Source of the DNA: Nitrososphaerota archaeon
Lineage (GTDB): Archaea > Thermoproteota > Nitrososphaeria > Nitrososphaerales > Nitrosopumilaceae
Length of the DNA: 27,694 bases
Direction: 5' to 3'
Assembly: GCA_032125915.1 (NCBI GenBank)
Contig: JAQBBT010000100.1
Coordinates: forward strand, 1 to 27,694
The translations under genes and the position numbers were made by a program. A model generated the notes under the pieces. That model was given only the letters and a program-made list of their open reading frames with translations, had not been told where the DNA came from and made no database searches. Position 1 is the first letter of the stretch. The number at the start of each line of letters is the position of its first letter. Of the stretch, positions 24,003 through 27,694 are shown piece by piece.

Positions 24003-24800
24003 TTAGATAGTGATATTATCTCCAGAATAATTTGGCGTCTTTTTTGGAATATCAAAAATTTCCAACGATTTCAAATATGTCAGATGCTTTGAGATTGACT
24101 CAGCATCACCAAAAGATATCAGTATTCGGTCATTATCCTCAATCACATATTGGGATATGTCTGAAAAATATTCCTCTTCATTAACATAAAACACCAAAGA
24201 TTGGTCTTGCCCTGCACAGAATCTTCCAGTTTTAATGTCGTCAAATTCATTAAAATTCAATATTATGCAGTCTGATGTAATCTTCATTCCAAATGATGCA
24301 AATAACATCTCCAATGGAACACTAGTTGCATGTTTGTGAATGATGTATGGGTTGTGATTCTCAAAGTGAATATATCTACTTGAAAGCTGAAATTGTTGCA
24401 GGCCAAAGTTTAGTTGCTCGCCATCCACAAAAACTACGATTGCAGCATGCGCATGATCACTTCCAAATTCACCTACCCCGTATTGACTTAGTAGCTTTTT
24501 TTCAGGATCCACATTGATGGTATTTTTAATTATTCGTGAATCAATCTCATTTTGATTCATAAAATAATATGAAAAGAATCCTGATGAGACAATCACAAAA
24601 GCCACTGCAATTACCAAAATTGTCCTGTTTTTTGGTTTAGGCTTAATTGATTCACCATCAAAATTCTCCAAATAGCTTTCCTCATAGCGACCAGGTAGGC
24701 TATAATCTGAATCCAAGTCTTTAGGAAGTGTTTTTTCATTGTCTTCAGGCAATCTATAATCCCTCTCCTTTGATTCTATAAATTTCCTAGAGTCAACCAA
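24003..24800 (-). CDS. Single-pass membrane protein with a His-rich extracellular domain
   Basis: Acidic N-terminal tail, TM helix TILVIAVAFVIVSSGFFSYYF, then SDHAHAA / YIHFENH / IIHKH and two Cys. TTG start is uncertain. Confidence 0.8.
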   Translation of the reverse strand: MVDSRKFIESKERDYRLPEDNEKTLPKDLDSDYSLPGRYEESYLENFDGESIKPKPKNRTILVIAVAFVIVSSGFFSYYFMNQNEIDSRIIKNTINVDPEKKLLSQYGVGEFGSDHAHAAIVVFVDGEQLNFGLQQFQLSSRYIHFENHNPYIIHKHATSVPLEMLFASFGMKITSDCIILNFNEFDDIKTGRFCAGQDQSLVFYVNEEEYFSDISQYVIEDNDRILISFGDAESISKHLTYLKSLEIFDIPKKTPNYSGDNITI

Positions 24801-25088
24801 TATGAAAAAAACATTGTGACTTTACTTTTTTTATGATTCTAATTATTCTCAAAAATCCAGTTTAGTGTGTCTCGTAAGGGAAATGGATTTTTGGCTCAAA
24901 TCTTTGACTTCTAATTTTTTGTCGTTCAACTAGGCGTGGACATACCAAATTGGGCAATAACTATCAAGTTGATGTGATTATGACTAAGAAATTAAATTTC
25001 AATAATTTACGCCATATTTGTTAGACACAACTAGTACACACATGGCCTTAAGAATAATTTGTTTATAATTTTCCTATTGGACTCAAAA

Positions 25089-25523
25089 ATGATGATGATT
25101 CTAGCTACCGTAGCAGCTCTTACAAGCATTATGATGCTAACCATACAAACTGATCCTGCATATGCTGCCTCATCTGAAAAGATTTCTCTTGTTCAAAATT
25201 ATGAGCAATTCCCTGGACAAGAAATAACTGGATTTTGTAATGTAAAATTTGATGTTGAAGGAAATCTGCATTGGCAAATCAAAGTAAACGGTCTTGTATC
25301 TGGAACTCAAGGGCAATTTGATTTGGGTCACTGGACAGGTGATGTTGACGTATCATATACCGTTGATGAAGAAGGCATGGCAGATTCTGGTGTTCAGATC
25401 GTGCCTTCATCAAAAATTCCTCATCCTATATTTACTCAATTTGCCGCATGCCATGTTTATGCCGCAGGTGATAGCCATTATAATTTTCCAGGCATCGCCT
25501 CAGCAAAAATAGATATTCTCTAA
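25089..25523 (+). CDS. Secreted beta-sandwich hypothetical protein
   Basis: Signal peptide ending PAYA-A; two Cys. TATA-like TTTATAAT at 25062-25069 favours ATG 25089 over the track's TTG 25059. Confidence 0.75.
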   Translation: MMMILATVAALTSIMMLTIQTDPAYAASSEKISLVQNYEQFPGQEITGFCNVKFDVEGNLHWQIKVNGLVSGTQGQFDLGHWTGDVDVSYTVDEEGMADSGVQIVPSSKIPHPIFTQFAACHVYAAGDSHYNFPGIASAKIDIL

Positions 25524-25526
25524 ACC

Positions 25527-25572
25527 TTTTTTTTCTTTCCCAAAAAATTCATAATCACTCACATGATTATGA
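25527..25572. terminator. T-tract plus 9-bp inverted repeat (TCATAATCA-6nt-TGATTATGA, 25549-25572) between convergent genes
   Basis: Seen directly between the stops at 25523 (+) and 25628 (-). Confidence 0.45.
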
Positions 25573-25627
25573 TTTTTGACAATATTCAATGTAGATGCCA
25601 AAATATTCTTTTAAAATGAATGTGTTA

Positions 25628-27190
25628 TTATTCACTAGCTTCTTTAATCAATTCAGAAAGTTGTCTACCTTTTCCTTGAGGAAGTTCTGTTATTCCCCCG
25701 ATTAAACTCTCAGTTACAACACCTTGGCCTGCAAGTACTTTAACACCCATCAACGAAGTATTTCCAGCCATACAAACTAACAATGATTTACCTTTAGACC
25801 CTTGCAAATCTTTACTTAGATCCTCTGGAATTTGGCGTGTTGCTAATAGTTGCTCTACTGTTTTTGCCTTTGGTACAGAGATTTTTGTTTTATCTACTCC
25901 CAGTGATTTTGCAATTAACTCTATTCCTTCTTCACGTGGAGTGTACTGAGTATGAATCCAGATTATTCTATCATAATCATCAATATTTGATATTGCTTCT
26001 TGCAGGGAGACTTGAGTCTGGGTTTGTTTCTTTGCCATGTCTTTTAGATTCTTTTTGTACTTTTGTATTCCATCGGCAACAATTACAACGAACTTTCCAC
26101 CCCCACCAAAGTTTGCCATTTGTATTACTGCATAAAGTGCAAGAGCGCTACTTTCTCCAATATCATGACCTTTATCCACAAAAAATTTTAGAAGAAGTTT
26201 TGCCTGCTCAAAATCTACTTCATGTTGTCCTGCATATGTCTCAGGTTCGTATAATGTTAAACCAGATGCCTTGTCTTTTGTCCTAATTCCTGCAACATCT
26301 TGGCCCGCAGGTGGGAATACTATATGCAGTGATTTTTTGCCATATTTTTTAGATACGTATCTGCTCAAACCACCTGACGTACCTCCAGTGCCAAAGGTGC
26401 AGACGATTTTATAGTCTGCTAGCGAATTTCCTTTTTCATGTAATTGTTGATCTATCTCAGGTGCGGTAACCGTTCTATGAACATCAATGTTCAATTCGTT
26501 GTCATACTGCTGTGGACAGAAACAATCGTAAATCTTTGCAAGAAACTTTGCCAAGTTTATGATGTCTTGGCTTGCTAAAAGTGATTGTATCTCATCGCTT
26601 GCTTTATCAAAAATGGCAGGATCAAAACCAAGCTCAGATAATTGTGAGCGAATATTTGCAGCAGTTGCTTTTGCAGCTAAAATATTTGGACTGTCTTTCA
26701 TTCCTGGAGCAGGGCAGACATCCATGTCAAGGTCCATGATGCGTATGTTCTCATTTCGCAATTCCTCAAATACCCCCTCTTGTAGCCTTCTTGAGACAAG
26801 TGCAACTACACTTAATCCTAGTTTAGATAACTGTCCAAGGGCTATCCCAAAGTTCCCAGAGGTTGCTTCAATTATTGTTTGCCCACTTCTAAGTTTCCCT
26901 GTGATAATGGCATCATGTATTATGTGGACTGCCGGTCTGACTTTAATTGAACCTGTTAATAATTTGGAATCAAACTTGCCAAAGACTTTTAGATCTACAT
27001 CGGCAAAATTCAGGTTATACACATTTTTTGCACATTCTTTCAAATCTTCAGTAATATCAATCAGCGGTGTGGTGTTGACCACCTTTGTTTCTCCTTGTTT
27101 CTCTTCTAGATGAGGAACCTTACTCCATATTTCTTGTTGAAACTTCCCTAACAGAATACTGTCAATGTTGCTTCCTTTAGTTACTTCCAA
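25628..27190 (-). CDS. PLP-dependent cysteine synthase/CBS-family enzyme (fold type II) fused to a C-terminal rhodanese-like domain
   Basis: TPL..I, TGSIKVRP (PLP Lys), EATSGNFG, GTGGTSGG, GESS, VVIVADG..KY. The C-terminal ~120 aa carry LLVCMAGNTS...SLIGGI. SD-like GAGGGGG precedes the TTG. Confidence 0.88.
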   Translation of the reverse strand: MEVTKGSNIDSILLGKFQQEIWSKVPHLEEKQGETKVVNTTPLIDITEDLKECAKNVYNLNFADVDLKVFGKFDSKLLTGSIKVRPAVHIIHDAIITGKLRSGQTIIEATSGNFGIALGQLSKLGLSVVALVSRRLQEGVFEELRNENIRIMDLDMDVCPAPGMKDSPNILAAKATAANIRSQLSELGFDPAIFDKASDEIQSLLASQDIINLAKFLAKIYDCFCPQQYDNELNIDVHRTVTAPEIDQQLHEKGNSLADYKIVCTFGTGGTSGGLSRYVSKKYGKKSLHIVFPPAGQDVAGIRTKDKASGLTLYEPETYAGQHEVDFEQAKLLLKFFVDKGHDIGESSALALYAVIQMANFGGGGKFVVIVADGIQKYKKNLKDMAKKQTQTQVSLQEAISNIDDYDRIIWIHTQYTPREEGIELIAKSLGVDKTKISVPKAKTVEQLLATRQIPEDLSKDLQGSKGKSLLVCMAGNTSLMGVKVLAGQGVVTESLIGGITELPQGKGRQLSELIKEASE

Positions 27191-27616
27191 AACTTTTCCC
27201 CCTCGGCATAATTATCTGGAACAATCTCCTATAAAATATCTTATGGGCTCTATTGGAATTACTTTATTTTTCAATTCTAATTCTTTGTCAAAAAATAATT
27301 TAGAATCATCTCCACCAGATTTTTGGTTTGAATTTGGATAGTCTGCTTTAATTCAATTTTGTTGGATGTTGTTATAGAAGGTTATTGAAAAGATCTTGAT
27401 TTACCAAAGAATGACTTGCATCTGGTTACAAAATCTATTATATTATTTTCAAAATTTTCCCATTCTTCTGAGATTTCTTCAAAAGTATAGTTTTCTGGTT
27501 TTGACACGTCTTCCGCTTTTTTGATATCTATATAAGGTGTGGGATTAGAAACCCCTGAATACCAACAATTACCAGTCATTACCAATAGTTATATACTGGT
27601 ATTATTATGATAAAGT

Positions 27617-27694
27617 ATGAGTACACAAACTCCATCAAGCGATGTATATTCAATGACCAAGCAAAATGTTCAAAAATATTTTGAAAATATCTCA
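27617..27694 (+). CDS. Hypothetical protein, N-terminus only (runs off the window)
   Basis: Not in the ORF track. MSTQTPSSDVYSMTKQNVQKYFENIS..., open to the edge, with TATA-like TTATATA at 27589-27595. Confidence 0.65.
   Translation, partial: MSTQTPSSDVYSMTKQNVQKYFENIS

Noticed and set aside
24850-24893. 10-bp inverted repeat CAAAAATCCA-24nt-TGGATTTTTG and nearby broken Cys-containing frames
   Set aside because: AT-rich arms, a long loop and no second copy; not distinguishable from chance, and no MITE-like target duplication seen.
19193-25576. 13-bp sequence TGATTATGATTTT present at 19193 and 25564
   Set aside because: Low complexity, 6 kb apart and in different contexts; not credible as att sites or element ends.
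293-27113. Antisense or alternate-frame ORFs in the track (e.g. 551-946, 5242-5700, 13452-13730, 17583-17828, 21431-21841, 25837-26286, 26559-27113)
   Set aside because: They are shadows of well-supported genes on the opposite strand or frame, with Ser/Phe/Leu-rich composition and no motifs.

Overview
AT-rich archaeal chromosome segment, most consistent with an ammonia-oxidising thaumarchaeon (Nitrosopumilaceae-like), judged from gene content, gene order, TATA-led leaderless starts and frequent TTG/GTG starts. About 1-19.2 kb is mostly core genome: partial rpl18e, rpoD, the Sdo1-Rrp4-Rrp41-Rrp42-L37ae-Pcc1-prefoldin-XPF exosome superoperon, Nob1, NAD kinase, two rhodaneses, a 7Fe ferredoxin fusion, a processive GT2, a long coiled-coil protein, a CPA2 antiporter, tRNA-Gly(GCC), rpl10e and a tRNA-splicing endonuclease subunit. 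About 19.3-27.7 kb looks accessory: SIMPL, a possible HEPN-like protein, SRPBCC, an aRF1 paralogue, secreted hypotheticals and a cysteine-synthase/rhodanese fusion. Features absent from the ORF track: a 64-nt box C/D guide RNA (14559-14622, minus) predicted to target 23S rRNA near the peptidyl-transferase centre, a 35-aa C2H2 zinc-finger microprotein just downstream of it behind a perfect palindrome, a 41-aa Cys-rich microprotein, and a probable chimeric junction at about nt 102. No integrase, IS element or CRISPR array was seen. Family assignments come from motif recognition by eye; no database searches were run.
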